Assembly: GCA_963805085.1 (NCBI GenBank)
Contig: CAWDTA010000002.1
Location: 928,001 to 992,000 of the forward strand
Direction of reading: 5' to 3'
DNA length: 64,000 nucleotides
Source: an uncultured Veillonellaceae bacterium
GTDB taxonomy: Bacteria > Bacillota > Negativicutes > JARBTT01
Shown piece by piece: positions 48,340 to 57,402 of this stretch (the stretch's first letter is position 1; the number at the start of each line of letters is the position of its first letter). Under the pieces are notes generated by a model. The model ran no database searches. It was not told where the DNA came from and saw only the letters and a list, made by a program, of their open reading frames with translations. The translations under genes were made by a program, and so were the position numbers.

Positions 48340-48479
48340 AAATTATAAATTGTTAGACCTACTGATGATTAGCGACAATACTATATTGTGTTTTAACCAC
48401 CACGGGATAAGTTACTGGGTGTGATACTATCACATTCGCCGGCTCGTGCCGAATATCCAGGCGTAGGGGGTTTTTTTTT

Positions 48480-49487
48480 GTGGGAAAAAATAGATTTGAA
48501 ACAAACTTAAAAGGACATAATAACGAATATAAAGAACTTTTTCTAAGAAATCCTAAGAATCCTATTTTATCAGCAAAGGATTGGCCTTATCCAGCGAATG
48601 CAGTATTCAATCCGGCGGCGACAATGTTTCATGGTAAAGTTTTATTGCTTGCTCGCGTAGAGGATCGGCGGGGTTTTTCTCACTTTACGAAAGCAATTAG
48701 TGACGATGGAATTGGTAATTGGCAGATTGATAGAGTGCCGACGTTGGAGCCAGATCCGAAGAATTACCCCGAAGAACAATGGGGAATTGAAGATCCTAGG
48801 ATTACGTGGCTTGATGAGTTAGACAAGTGGGCGATAACTTATACTGCCTATTCTCGTGGTGGCCCACTTGTGGCTATGGCACTGACGAATGACTTTGTAA
48901 ATTTTGAGAGATTCGGACCAATTATGCCGCCGGAAGATAAGGATGCTGCACTTTTTCCACGCAAGATAAATGGGAAATGGGCGCTTATTCATAGACCAAT
49001 TACCGCAAACTATGTACCTGGCGCACATATATGGTTGTCAGCTTCCGATGACTTCGCCCATTGGGGCGATCGCCAGGTGTTAATGCACGCTCGGCGAGGT
49101 GGATGGTGGGATGGTGGGAAAATTGGTCTCGCAGCACCACCGATTGAAACAGCGGAAGGCTGGATACTTTTTTATCACGGAGTGAGGCAGACTGCCTCTG
49201 GTTCAATCTATCGATTGGGGCTGGCACTGTTGGATTTGGAAAATCCTACAAAAGTATTGCATCGAAGTGACGAATGGGTTTTTGGTCCAACTGAGTGGTA
49301 TGAAAGGGAAGGGGACGTTGATGACGTAGTCTTTCCGAGTGGCTGGGTTTTAGATGCTAAGACGGGAACACTAAAAATGTATTATGGTGGGGCAGATTCG
49401 TGTATTGCTTTGGCTACGACCAATGTAGGCGATTTGCTGGAATATATTAAGAAGTGCCCGGAACCGTTGGACCAAGCGCTTTATTAA
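48480..49487 (+). CDS. GH130 family mannoside phosphorylase/glycosidase
   Basis: AVFNPAA, GIEDPRIT, EDKDAALFP, VDDVVFP, YYGGADS. Confidence 0.88.
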   Translation: MGKNRFETNLKGHNNEYKELFLRNPKNPILSAKDWPYPANAVFNPAATMFHGKVLLLARVEDRRGFSHFTKAISDDGIGNWQIDRVPTLEPDPKNYPEEQWGIEDPRITWLDELDKWAITYTAYSRGGPLVAMALTNDFVNFERFGPIMPPEDKDAALFPRKINGKWALIHRPITANYVPGAHIWLSASDDFAHWGDRQVLMHARRGGWWDGGKIGLAAPPIETAEGWILFYHGVRQTASGSIYRLGLALLDLENPTKVLHRSDEWVFGPTEWYEREGDVDDVVFPSGWVLDAKTGTLKMYYGGADSCIALATTNVGDLLEYIKKCPEPLDQALY

Positions 49488-49603
49488 TCGAAATGGATGA
49501 ATTGAATAAGATATAAAAATCGTAATAAATTATAAGGAAATTTGAAGAAAGTAAGAGGATGAAATGCAGTTGATAAAACAATTGCAATCTTCACGAGGGA
49601 AAT

Positions 49604-49951
49604 ATGAGACTATATCATTTTACTACAGAGGAAAAATTGGAACAAATAATAGAAAAGGGCTGTATAGACCTTTCAAGTGAAGGCGTGGTATGGCTAACTA
49701 AGAATAAAGAACTTGAAGCGCAGCAATGGACAGAAGAAGAAAATGCAAAATTTAGGATAAGCGTTTCGCTTCTCAATATATCACATTTCGGCAAAACTGC
49801 ACCACGTCAGGAGTTGCTGCAAGGGGCAGCAGATTGGTATACAACAAAGCAGCCAATATTAGAAAAATTATGGGTTGATATTGAATGGTTCAAGAACAAT
49901 CATTGGGGTATTTATAAGGGTCTGAGTTATAAGAATAAAAAACGTAAATAA
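49604..49951 (+). CDS. Small hypothetical protein, possible ADP-ribosyltransferase fold
   Basis: LYHFT...LEQIIEKGCI...GVVWLT N-terminal pattern. Confidence 0.45.
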   Translation: MRLYHFTTEEKLEQIIEKGCIDLSSEGVVWLTKNKELEAQQWTEEENAKFRISVSLLNISHFGKTAPRQELLQGAADWYTTKQPILEKLWVDIEWFKNNHWGIYKGLSYKNKKRK

Positions 49952-50144
49952 TGTAAATAACAGGTGCCCGCAATAGGCAGTAAGATATTAGAAAGCATTC
50001 GAAGACATTAAAATTTGCTAGATTATGACATTCTGATGAATATAAGTGGTGCCAAGACTTGATTTCTACTGAGGTTTAAAGCAAGGCGATAGGATGTAGC
50101 TAGAAACTCGTAAAGGCTACTGAAAAAAGAAGGAGACAAATAAA

Positions 50145-51359
50145 ATGGTTGGGGAAAATAGAATAAGGAATATCGGATTTTTAAGTACGTTTCCGCCGCG
50201 TGAGTGTGGACTGGCTACATTTACGGAAGATTTGGTGCATGAAATTAGTAAAATAGCACTAATTCAGCCAAGTGTTATTGCAGTGGTGGATAAGGAAGAT
50301 TATAAAAATTCCCAGGTGAAATGTAAGCTTAACCAGCATGATCGTACGAGTTATTTAATGACGGCATTTTGGGCGAATGATAATGTCGATCTCTTGATTA
50401 TTGAGCATGAATATGGGATATTTGGTGGCGAATGTGGCGAATACATCATTGATTTAGCAAGAGCGCTGAAGATTCCCTTTATCGTCACGACCCATACTGT
50501 ATTATTAGAACCATCCGCAAAGCAGCGGACTGTTCTGCGAGATCTAGGAAGGCTAAGCACAAAAGTAGTAACCATGGCGGAAAGTTCTATTCCTATTTTG
50601 GCTGGAACGTATGGTATTGAGTCCGAAAAACTTGTATTTATACCTCATGGTGTTCCTAACCTACATGTAGAATCACGAGAAAAATTAAAAGCTGATCACG
50701 GTTTACAAGACAAGAAAGTCATTAGTAGCTTTGGTCTTATTAGTCCGGCTAAAGGCTTGGAGTATGGTATTGAAGCGGTAGCTAAAGTGGTACCAGATTA
50801 TGAAAATCTGGTTTATCTGATCCTCGGCAAGACGCATCCGTGTGTCAAAGCAAGTATGGGCGAAAAATACAGGCAGAGTTTGATGGATTTAGCAGAAAGA
50901 CTTGGGGTACAAGATAATATTCGGTTTATTGATAAGTACCTGACCAAGGAAGAAGTGATTACCTATCTTCATTTGTCCGATATATACATGACGCCGTATT
51001 TGTCTAAGGAACAGGCAGTCAGTGGTACGTTGGCATACGCTATGGGGTGTGGGCGGGTTATTGTATCAACTCCATATCGCTATGCAGAGGAGATGCTGGG
51101 CGGCGGTCGTGGAATGCTTGCTAAATTTAGAGATGCTGATTCAATGGCATCGTGTATTCGAACCGTGCTCGGAAATCCAGAACGAAAAAAAGAAATGGAA
51201 ATGAAGACATTGACCGTTGGGCGGACAATGACATGGACTACGGTTGCCGATCAATATGCTGAACTTTGTATGGATATTATCCCACCTGCTTGTCCGGTGC
51301 TTCAAAAATCTCATTCCAATCTTACGATAATGAAACGAAATGGAATGAGGGCAATATAA
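50145..51359 (+). CDS. GT4 glycosyltransferase
   Basis: STFPPRECGLATFT, HEYGIFGG, EQAVSGTLAYA. Confidence 0.9.
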   Translation: MVGENRIRNIGFLSTFPPRECGLATFTEDLVHEISKIALIQPSVIAVVDKEDYKNSQVKCKLNQHDRTSYLMTAFWANDNVDLLIIEHEYGIFGGECGEYIIDLARALKIPFIVTTHTVLLEPSAKQRTVLRDLGRLSTKVVTMAESSIPILAGTYGIESEKLVFIPHGVPNLHVESREKLKADHGLQDKKVISSFGLISPAKGLEYGIEAVAKVVPDYENLVYLILGKTHPCVKASMGEKYRQSLMDLAERLGVQDNIRFIDKYLTKEEVITYLHLSDIYMTPYLSKEQAVSGTLAYAMGCGRVIVSTPYRYAEEMLGGGRGMLAKFRDADSMASCIRTVLGNPERKKEMEMKTLTVGRTMTWTTVADQYAELCMDIIPPACPVLQKSHSNLTIMKRNGMRAI

Positions 51360-52396
51360 TGACCCAATTATGTACTGAATTTAATGACGCACATATCTTT
51401 CGGATGACTGATGATACGGGGATGTTTCAACATACAAGGTACAATGTTCCTGATTTGGATAAAGGATATACAACGGATGACAATGCTAGGGCTTTAATTA
51501 TGGCGGTTATGTTCTATGAAAAAAATCGTCAGGCTAAATATCTTGCATTAGTCTATCGCTATTTGGCGTTTATCTTATATGCGCAAAATGAAGCTGGTCA
51601 TTTTCGGAATTTTATGACCTATGAGCGTAAATTTACGGAAACACAAGGGTCAGAAGAATGCCTCGGTCGTTGTCTTTGGGCTTTAGGGTATACGCTGGCT
51701 TCATCCGTGATGCCTAGTGGGGTAAAAGCTGCTTGTAATAGTGCTGTTAGTCGCGCATTGCCACAGGTTTCTTCGTTAAAGTGCCTACGGGGGCAGGCAT
51801 ATGCCTTAATAGGTCTTGGCTTTATTGATGAAACTGAGAGTGATAGCCTTATAAATAAACTTGCTGAGTTCATCGCGGTTAACTTTGAACTTTGTTCAAG
51901 GGAAAAGAACTGGCGCTGGTTTGAAAATAGTCTGACGTATGATAATGCGCTACTGCCTTGGGCGATGTTTGTGGCCTTTCGTAAAACAAGGCAAGAGCGG
52001 TTTCTCTATATAGCGCGCGAAAGTATGATGTTTCTTGATCGAGATGCCTTTCGAGATGGTTTTTTCCGACCAGTGGGCTGTGACGGGTGGTGGATACGGG
52101 GAAATGATCCCGCAGTATATGATCAGCAACCTGTAGAGGCATCCATGTCTACACTGGCTCATTTGGTCGCTTATCAGGTCACTAGTGATGAAGAGATGCT
52201 AAATTTAGCTAGGCAGAGTTTTGCTTGGTATTTGGGTAAAAACTCTTGCCATAAAAGTCTAATAGACCATGAAACGGGTGGTTGTTATGATGGGATTATG
52301 ATTGATGGATTGAATCAAAATCAAGGTGCGGAAAGCATTGTTGGTTATTGCATGGCTAGGCTGGCTTTGGATAATAAAGGTTTAGGTATTATATAA
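51359..52396 (+). CDS. (alpha/alpha)6-barrel glycoside-hydrolase-like partner of GT4
   Basis: TDDTGMFQH, GYTTDDNARAL, LTYDNA, DQQPVE, NQNQGAES; TAATG overlap with the GT4 stop. Confidence 0.75.
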   Translation: MTQLCTEFNDAHIFRMTDDTGMFQHTRYNVPDLDKGYTTDDNARALIMAVMFYEKNRQAKYLALVYRYLAFILYAQNEAGHFRNFMTYERKFTETQGSEECLGRCLWALGYTLASSVMPSGVKAACNSAVSRALPQVSSLKCLRGQAYALIGLGFIDETESDSLINKLAEFIAVNFELCSREKNWRWFENSLTYDNALLPWAMFVAFRKTRQERFLYIARESMMFLDRDAFRDGFFRPVGCDGWWIRGNDPAVYDQQPVEASMSTLAHLVAYQVTSDEEMLNLARQSFAWYLGKNSCHKSLIDHETGGCYDGIMIDGLNQNQGAESIVGYCMARLALDNKGLGII

Positions 52397-52429
52397 TTTA
52401 ATCAATATAAAAAGGAACGTGATTATCCT

Positions 52430-53800
52430 ATGAAAGTCATTATTCTCGCTGGTGGCGGAGGTAGTCGCTTATTTCCTCTCTCCCGTACATTGTTCCCCAA
52501 GCAATTTTTAAAACTCAATGGCGAAGAATCGCTGCTCGCACAGACGATTGCTCGGTTTTTGCCCATGGTTAAGCCATCTGATATGGTAGTGGTGACCAAT
52601 CAGGAATATATTCATCATGTGCAGACAGAACTAATTGCTGCCAAGGCGCAGGACGCCCATATCCTACTAGAACCAGTAGCGCGAAATACAGCACCGGCGG
52701 TTGCTTTCGCGGCAAGATATTGTCTAGAAAAATTGGGCTCGACGCCAGATGAAATCATATATGTAACGCCGTCTGACCACATTATCCGCCCTGTAGATAC
52801 ATTTATTGTAAATGTCGGGCAGGCCATAAAGCTAGCAAAGCAGGGGAAAATTGTGACTCTTGGTATACAGCCGGATCATCCGGAAACTGGTTATGGGTAT
52901 ATTCAAGCTGGCAATCCTTTTGGTGGTGGTTTTGCAGTCCAGTCCTTCCGTGAAAAGCCAGATCAAGAGACCGCAGAAGCATATTTAGCTGCTGGTAACT
53001 ACTACTGGAATTCGGGGATGTTTGCATTTACGATTCGTTGCTTTATGGGTGAATTGCAAGCGTATCAGCCAGATGTTTATGAAGTAGCTGAACGAGATTT
53101 GCTTGAGATGACGGCAAATTTTGCCCAAATGCCTAATATTTCGATTGACTACGCGATCGCTGAAAAATCGAAAGAGTTAGTGATGCTGCCGATTACGGCG
53201 GAATGGAATGACATCGGCTCATGGGATGCAATCTATGATGTGTTTGATAAGGACTCGGATGGCAATGCATTAAAAGGTGATTGTACTACGATTGAATGTT
53301 CAAATACATTAATATGGGGACATAGTCGTCTTATTGCAGGTATCGGGCTTGAAGATATTTTAGTGGTAGAGACAGATGATGTTATTGTTGTTGCTAAAAA
53401 AGGTGAGTCGCAAAAGGTCAAAGAATTAGTGGGAAAGCTAAAGGAAAAAGGTAGGATAGAGGCGGATGAGCATACGACAGTTTATCGCTCATGGGGTTTT
53501 TACAAAGTGCTAGGTTCTGGCCCTGGCTATAAGATGAAGAAGATTGTTGTTAATCCAGGAGAAGTTCTTAGCTTACAGATGCATTATCATCGTAGTGAGC
53601 ATTGGATTGTTATTGGTGGGACAGCAAAGATCATGATTGGCGATGTTGAACAAATGCTACATGAGAATGAGAGCATTTTTGTGCCGCAAACGACGAAGTA
53701 TCAACTCGGAAATCCTGGGAAATTGCCACTTCAGATTATCGAAGTCCAGAATGGTAGTTATCTGGGAGAAGATGATATTGTTCTTTTTAACAATTCATAA
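52430..53800 (+). CDS. manC: Mannose-1-phosphate guanylyltransferase / mannose-6-phosphate isomerase
   Basis: ILAGGGGSRLFPLSR..PKQF, EPVARNTAPA, WNSGMF, cupin LSLQMHYHRSEHW. Confidence 0.93.
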   Translation: MKVIILAGGGGSRLFPLSRTLFPKQFLKLNGEESLLAQTIARFLPMVKPSDMVVVTNQEYIHHVQTELIAAKAQDAHILLEPVARNTAPAVAFAARYCLEKLGSTPDEIIYVTPSDHIIRPVDTFIVNVGQAIKLAKQGKIVTLGIQPDHPETGYGYIQAGNPFGGGFAVQSFREKPDQETAEAYLAAGNYYWNSGMFAFTIRCFMGELQAYQPDVYEVAERDLLEMTANFAQMPNISIDYAIAEKSKELVMLPITAEWNDIGSWDAIYDVFDKDSDGNALKGDCTTIECSNTLIWGHSRLIAGIGLEDILVVETDDVIVVAKKGESQKVKELVGKLKEKGRIEADEHTTVYRSWGFYKVLGSGPGYKMKKIVVNPGEVLSLQMHYHRSEHWIVIGGTAKIMIGDVEQMLHENESIFVPQTTKYQLGNPGKLPLQIIEVQNGSYLGEDDIVLFNNS

Positions 53801-53915
53801 TGTTGTTATATGATGGCAGTGAGAAAAAAATATTGCTTAAACCAATGATTAACTTCGGATAGCAATTCTAGTACGCCATGTTTTTAACTAAAGTTTACAT
53901 TATATTATGCATTTT

Positions 53916-53958
53916 ATAACAATGGCTAATGTATTGTGTATACATTAGCCATTGTTAT
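53916..53958. repeat. Perfect 19-bp inverted repeat
   Basis: ATAACAATGGCTAATGTAT-tgtgt-ATACATTAGCCATTGTTAT. Confidence 0.8.
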
Positions 53959-54057
53959 TGCAAAAGATTCTTTACCTTGATATGATAGATAATATCAACA
54001 TAAAGACAGGAAATTGGATGATCTTATGTATGAATAACAATCATATAACGTTTATTC

Positions 54058-54117
54058 AGCAAAGAAGCTGGCAGACCTCAAGGTAATTGAGCGTTTGTGG
54101 CTTCTTTTTGTTTTTTT
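54058..54117 (+). promoter_or_regulatory. Leader terminator with overlapping ANTAR-like hairpin
   Basis: AGC-AAAGAA-GCT overlaps the 5' arm of the AAAGAAGC...GCTTCTTT+T-run terminator, 30 nt before the start codon. Confidence 0.6.
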
Positions 54118-54146
54118 GGATAGCGGGAAAGGTAGGCGAGTGCAAT

Positions 54147-54875
54147 TTGATAAAATTAGATAATATTAATAAGTATTTTGGAAATCTGCATGTACTTAAT
54201 GGCGTAAATCTTAAGGTTGCAGAAGGCGAAAAAGTTGTTATAATTGGGCCGAGTGGCTCGGGGAAAAGTACACTGATCCGTTGCATTAACCTTTTAGAAA
54301 GACCAGAGGGAGGCAGTGTTGTTGTAGATGATGTAGATTTGTTAACTACGCCAGAGGCCGTTGCTAAAGTAAGGCAGTCAATGGGCATGGTATTTCAACA
54401 ATTTAATCTATATCCGCACATGTCTGTTTTGGAGAACTTAATTTTGGCACCGATGAAATTAAAAGGGTTAAGCCATAAGGAAGCTAGTAATTTGGCAATG
54501 CTTTATCTGGAACGGGTTGGATTAAAGGATAAAGCAGAGGCTTATCCAGCGCAGCTTTCTGGAGGACAGCAACAAAGGGTAGCAATTGCCAGAGCTTTAA
54601 CGATGAAACCGAAAATTATGCTTTTTGATGAACCTACTTCGGCATTAGATCCAGAAATGATTCAGGAAGTGCTAGATGTTATGATTGACTTGGCAGATGA
54701 AGGGATTACGATGGTCGTGGTAACGCACGAGATGGGCTTTGCCCGTAAGGTGGCCGATCGGGTTATTTTTATGGCCGATGGCAATATTCTGGAAGAAAAT
54801 ACTCCAGATAAATTCTTTACGAATCCTGAGCATGTCAGAGCACGGCAGTTTTTAAGCAGAATTGCACATGCATAA
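54147..54875 (+). CDS. glnQ: Polar amino acid ABC transporter ATPase
   Basis: [32 protein letters not shown]; TTG start. Confidence 0.92.
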   Translation: MIKLDNINKYFGNLHVLNGVNLKVAEGEKVVIIGPSGSGKSTLIRCINLLERPEGGSVVVDDVDLLTTPEAVAKVRQSMGMVFQQFNLYPHMSVLENLILAPMKLKGLSHKEASNLAMLYLERVGLKDKAEAYPAQLSGGQQQRVAIARALTMKPKIMLFDEPTSALDPEMIQEVLDVMIDLADEGITMVVVTHEMGFARKVADRVIFMADGNILEENTPDKFFTNPEHVRARQFLSRIAHA

Positions 54876-54900
54876 TAAAATTTTGAAAGGGTGATCTATA

Positions 54901-55725
54901 ATGAAAAAGGGATTAACTTTAGTAATAGCAATGATTATGGGGCTTAGTTTATTATTTGCTGCTGGTTGTGGTGACTCGACTGCAACGACGAAATCTTCTT
55001 CTGATGCCAGTGCTGAAAGTGCTGATATAAAGGCAGTAAAAGACCGTGGTGTTTTAAAAGTTGGGGTTAAAGTTGATGTACCTAAGTTTGGGTTTAAAGA
55101 TCCAGCTACTGGAAAAGTTGATGGTATGGAAATTGACATTGCCAAAGCTCTTGCTAAAAAGATTTTAGGCGATGAAAACAAAATAGAAGTACAACCGGTT
55201 ACAGCAAAAACGCGTGGCCCGCTTTTAGATAATGGTGAAGTTGATTATGTTATCGCGACTTTTACAATTACGGATGAACGTAAACAAAGTTACAATTTCT
55301 CTGAGCCATATTTTAAAGATGGTGTCGCTTTACTAGTGAAAAAAGATGCTGGTATTACTGATTTAACAGGTTTAAACGGCAAGAAAATCGGTGTAGCGCA
55401 AAGTGCAACTAGTAAAAAAGCACTATTGGATGAAATTAAACAACAAAATCTAAAAATTGATATCCTTGAATTTGGTACATATCCAGAAATTAAAACTGCC
55501 TTAGATTCAGGGCGTATTGATTGCTTCTCAGTGGATGCTGCGATTCTTGCTGGTTATCTTGATGACTCTACGGTTATTTTACCAGCTCGTTATAGCCCAC
55601 AATTATATGGTGTTGCATCAAAGAAAAGCAATGAAGGTTTAGCTAAAGTTGCCAATGACAGCGTTACAGAAATGCAATCTTCAGGTGAATTAGATAAAAT
55701 CATTACTAAATGGGGGTTGAAGTAA
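54901..55725 (+). CDS. glnH: Glu/Gln/Asp ABC substrate-binding lipoprotein
   Basis: Lipobox AAGC; KVDVPKFG, TRGPLLDNGEVD, TITDERK. Confidence 0.88.
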   Translation: MKKGLTLVIAMIMGLSLLFAAGCGDSTATTKSSSDASAESADIKAVKDRGVLKVGVKVDVPKFGFKDPATGKVDGMEIDIAKALAKKILGDENKIEVQPVTAKTRGPLLDNGEVDYVIATFTITDERKQSYNFSEPYFKDGVALLVKKDAGITDLTGLNGKKIGVAQSATSKKALLDEIKQQNLKIDILEFGTYPEIKTALDSGRIDCFSVDAAILAGYLDDSTVILPARYSPQLYGVASKKSNEGLAKVANDSVTEMQSSGELDKIITKWGLK

Positions 55726-56397
55726 TTGCCAGGACCATTTGCCCTTTTTAAGTGGCAGGCAGTTTTGCAAGATTGGCAGGTTTTTGCTGAAGGCTTTGGC
55801 ATGACCATTCTTGTATCTGTTTTGGCATTGGCGTTGGCTTTGGTACTAGGAATATTATTTGGTATGATGGGGACAGCGCAGCTAAAGCCACTTAGATATC
55901 TTAATCGGATTTATGTCGAATTTATTCAAAATACGCCACTCGTTATTCAGATCTTCTTCCTTTACAATGGATTGCCTTATTTAGGCGTAATGATGCCGGT
56001 TTTTTGGGTGGGGATGCTTGGTATCGGTGTTTACCACGGCGCTTATGTTGCTGAGGTAGTGCGCGCTGGTATTTTATCTATCCCAAAAGGGCAATTTGAA
56101 GCCGCGAATGCACAAGGGTTTTCGTATTGGGGTTCGATGCGTTATGTTATTTTGCCACAGGCCAAAAGAATGGCGTATCCGCCACTTACGAATCTAGCTG
56201 TTAATCTAATTAAAAATACGTCGGTCATGGCAATGGTAGCTGGTGGCGAATTGATGTATCATGCAGATTCTTGGGCAAGTTCTAATTTATATTACGGCCC
56301 AGCTTATATCGTAACAGGCTTACTTTATATTGCAATTTGCTTTCCATTGGCTATGTATGCTAAGTACCTTGAACGTCGGTTGGAGGTAACAGTATGA
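55726..56397 (+). CDS. glnM: Amino acid ABC permease
   Basis: [11 protein letters not shown]; EAA loop GQFEAA. Confidence 0.85.
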   Translation: MPGPFALFKWQAVLQDWQVFAEGFGMTILVSVLALALALVLGILFGMMGTAQLKPLRYLNRIYVEFIQNTPLVIQIFFLYNGLPYLGVMMPVFWVGMLGIGVYHGAYVAEVVRAGILSIPKGQFEAANAQGFSYWGSMRYVILPQAKRMAYPPLTNLAVNLIKNTSVMAMVAGGELMYHADSWASSNLYYGPAYIVTGLLYIAICFPLAMYAKYLERRLEVTV

Positions 56398-57038
56398 GTG
56401 AACTCTTTCAACCATCGATTTTACTATTTCTTAGTCAAGGGCTATTGACTACAATCTATATATCAGTTGCTTCGATTATTTTAAGTTTGATCTTTGGGAT
56501 TTTTCTCGGTGTGCTGAGATTTAATGGTAGCTGGGAAGGTTCCTTGGCGGCAGTTTACATCGAGATTATTCGTAATACACCGTTACTATTATTCATTTTA
56601 GCGTTCCGGTTTATGACGCCATTGCCGCCAGTCCAAGCGGGCATTGCGGCGATGACGGTGTTTACTACAGCAATTATTGCTGAAATTGTCCGTGGTGGTT
56701 TGAAATCCATTCATAAAGGACAGTGGGAAGCTGCAAAAGCACAAGGGTTTAGTACCTTTGCCACGCTGAGATATATCGTTTTGCCTCAGGCATTACGCAA
56801 TGTTATCCCGCCGCTAGTATCCCAATGCACGACCGTAATCAAGGACACTTCCTTTGTTTGGGCAGTTGGGATTGAAGATCTTACGGGTAAGGGCATGATT
56901 ATCATGGGGAGATATGGCACAACAGAACAGGTATTTACCTTGTTTGGCATGATTGCCTTAACCTATTTTGTGATTAACTATGCAATTTCATGTTACTCGC
57001 GTAGAGTGCAAAATAGGTTGACTTGTAAAAGTTATTAA
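56394..57038 (+). CDS. glnP: Amino acid ABC permease
   Basis: IRNTPLLL; GQWEAA; IKDTS. Confidence 0.85.
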   Translation: MSELFQPSILLFLSQGLLTTIYISVASIILSLIFGIFLGVLRFNGSWEGSLAAVYIEIIRNTPLLLFILAFRFMTPLPPVQAGIAAMTVFTTAIIAEIVRGGLKSIHKGQWEAAKAQGFSTFATLRYIVLPQALRNVIPPLVSQCTTVIKDTSFVWAVGIEDLTGKGMIIMGRYGTTEQVFTLFGMIALTYFVINYAISCYSRRVQNRLTCKSY

Positions 57039-57047
57039 GAGTAAACG

Positions 57048-57092
57048 AAAAAACGTGGTTGGAATTCTGCTAGAGAATTTCAACCACGTTTT
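57048..57092 (+). terminator. Terminator after the ABC operon
   Basis: AAAAACGTGGTTGGAATTCT...AGAATTTCAACCACGTTTTT. Confidence 0.8.
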
Positions 57093-57402
57093 TGTTTATT
57101 TTTATTAATTGGATTTTTGTTCTTAACTTCGATATAATAAAATAATGAGAAGAATGAAACACGTTCAAAGAAAGGAATCATCAAAGAATTTTTTTATGGA
57201 AAATTCTGCACTAAGTTATACAAATACTGATAAAAATCGAAAGAATTAACAGAAAGTTATGAAAATACTTACAGGCAAATGAATAAAATAGTCGTAATAG
57301 CAGTATCAGCTTATTGCAAAAAATAAGTATCATGATTAGCCGGGGTTAACTTTAACGTATACGGCGTTAATCTAAAGCCTTGATAAGAACGGGGATTGAA
57401 AT

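Noticed and set aside
48296-48345. c-di-GMP-I riboswitch suggested by GACGCAAAGCC
   Set aside because: No GGCAAA/GAAA-tetraloop stem upstream or receptor stem downstream; the match coincides with a TTGACG -35 box.
47120-50045. Hammerhead ribozyme cores suggested by CTGAYGA at about 47123, 48362 and 50033
   Set aside because: None is followed by a stem II plus GAAA in the required geometry.
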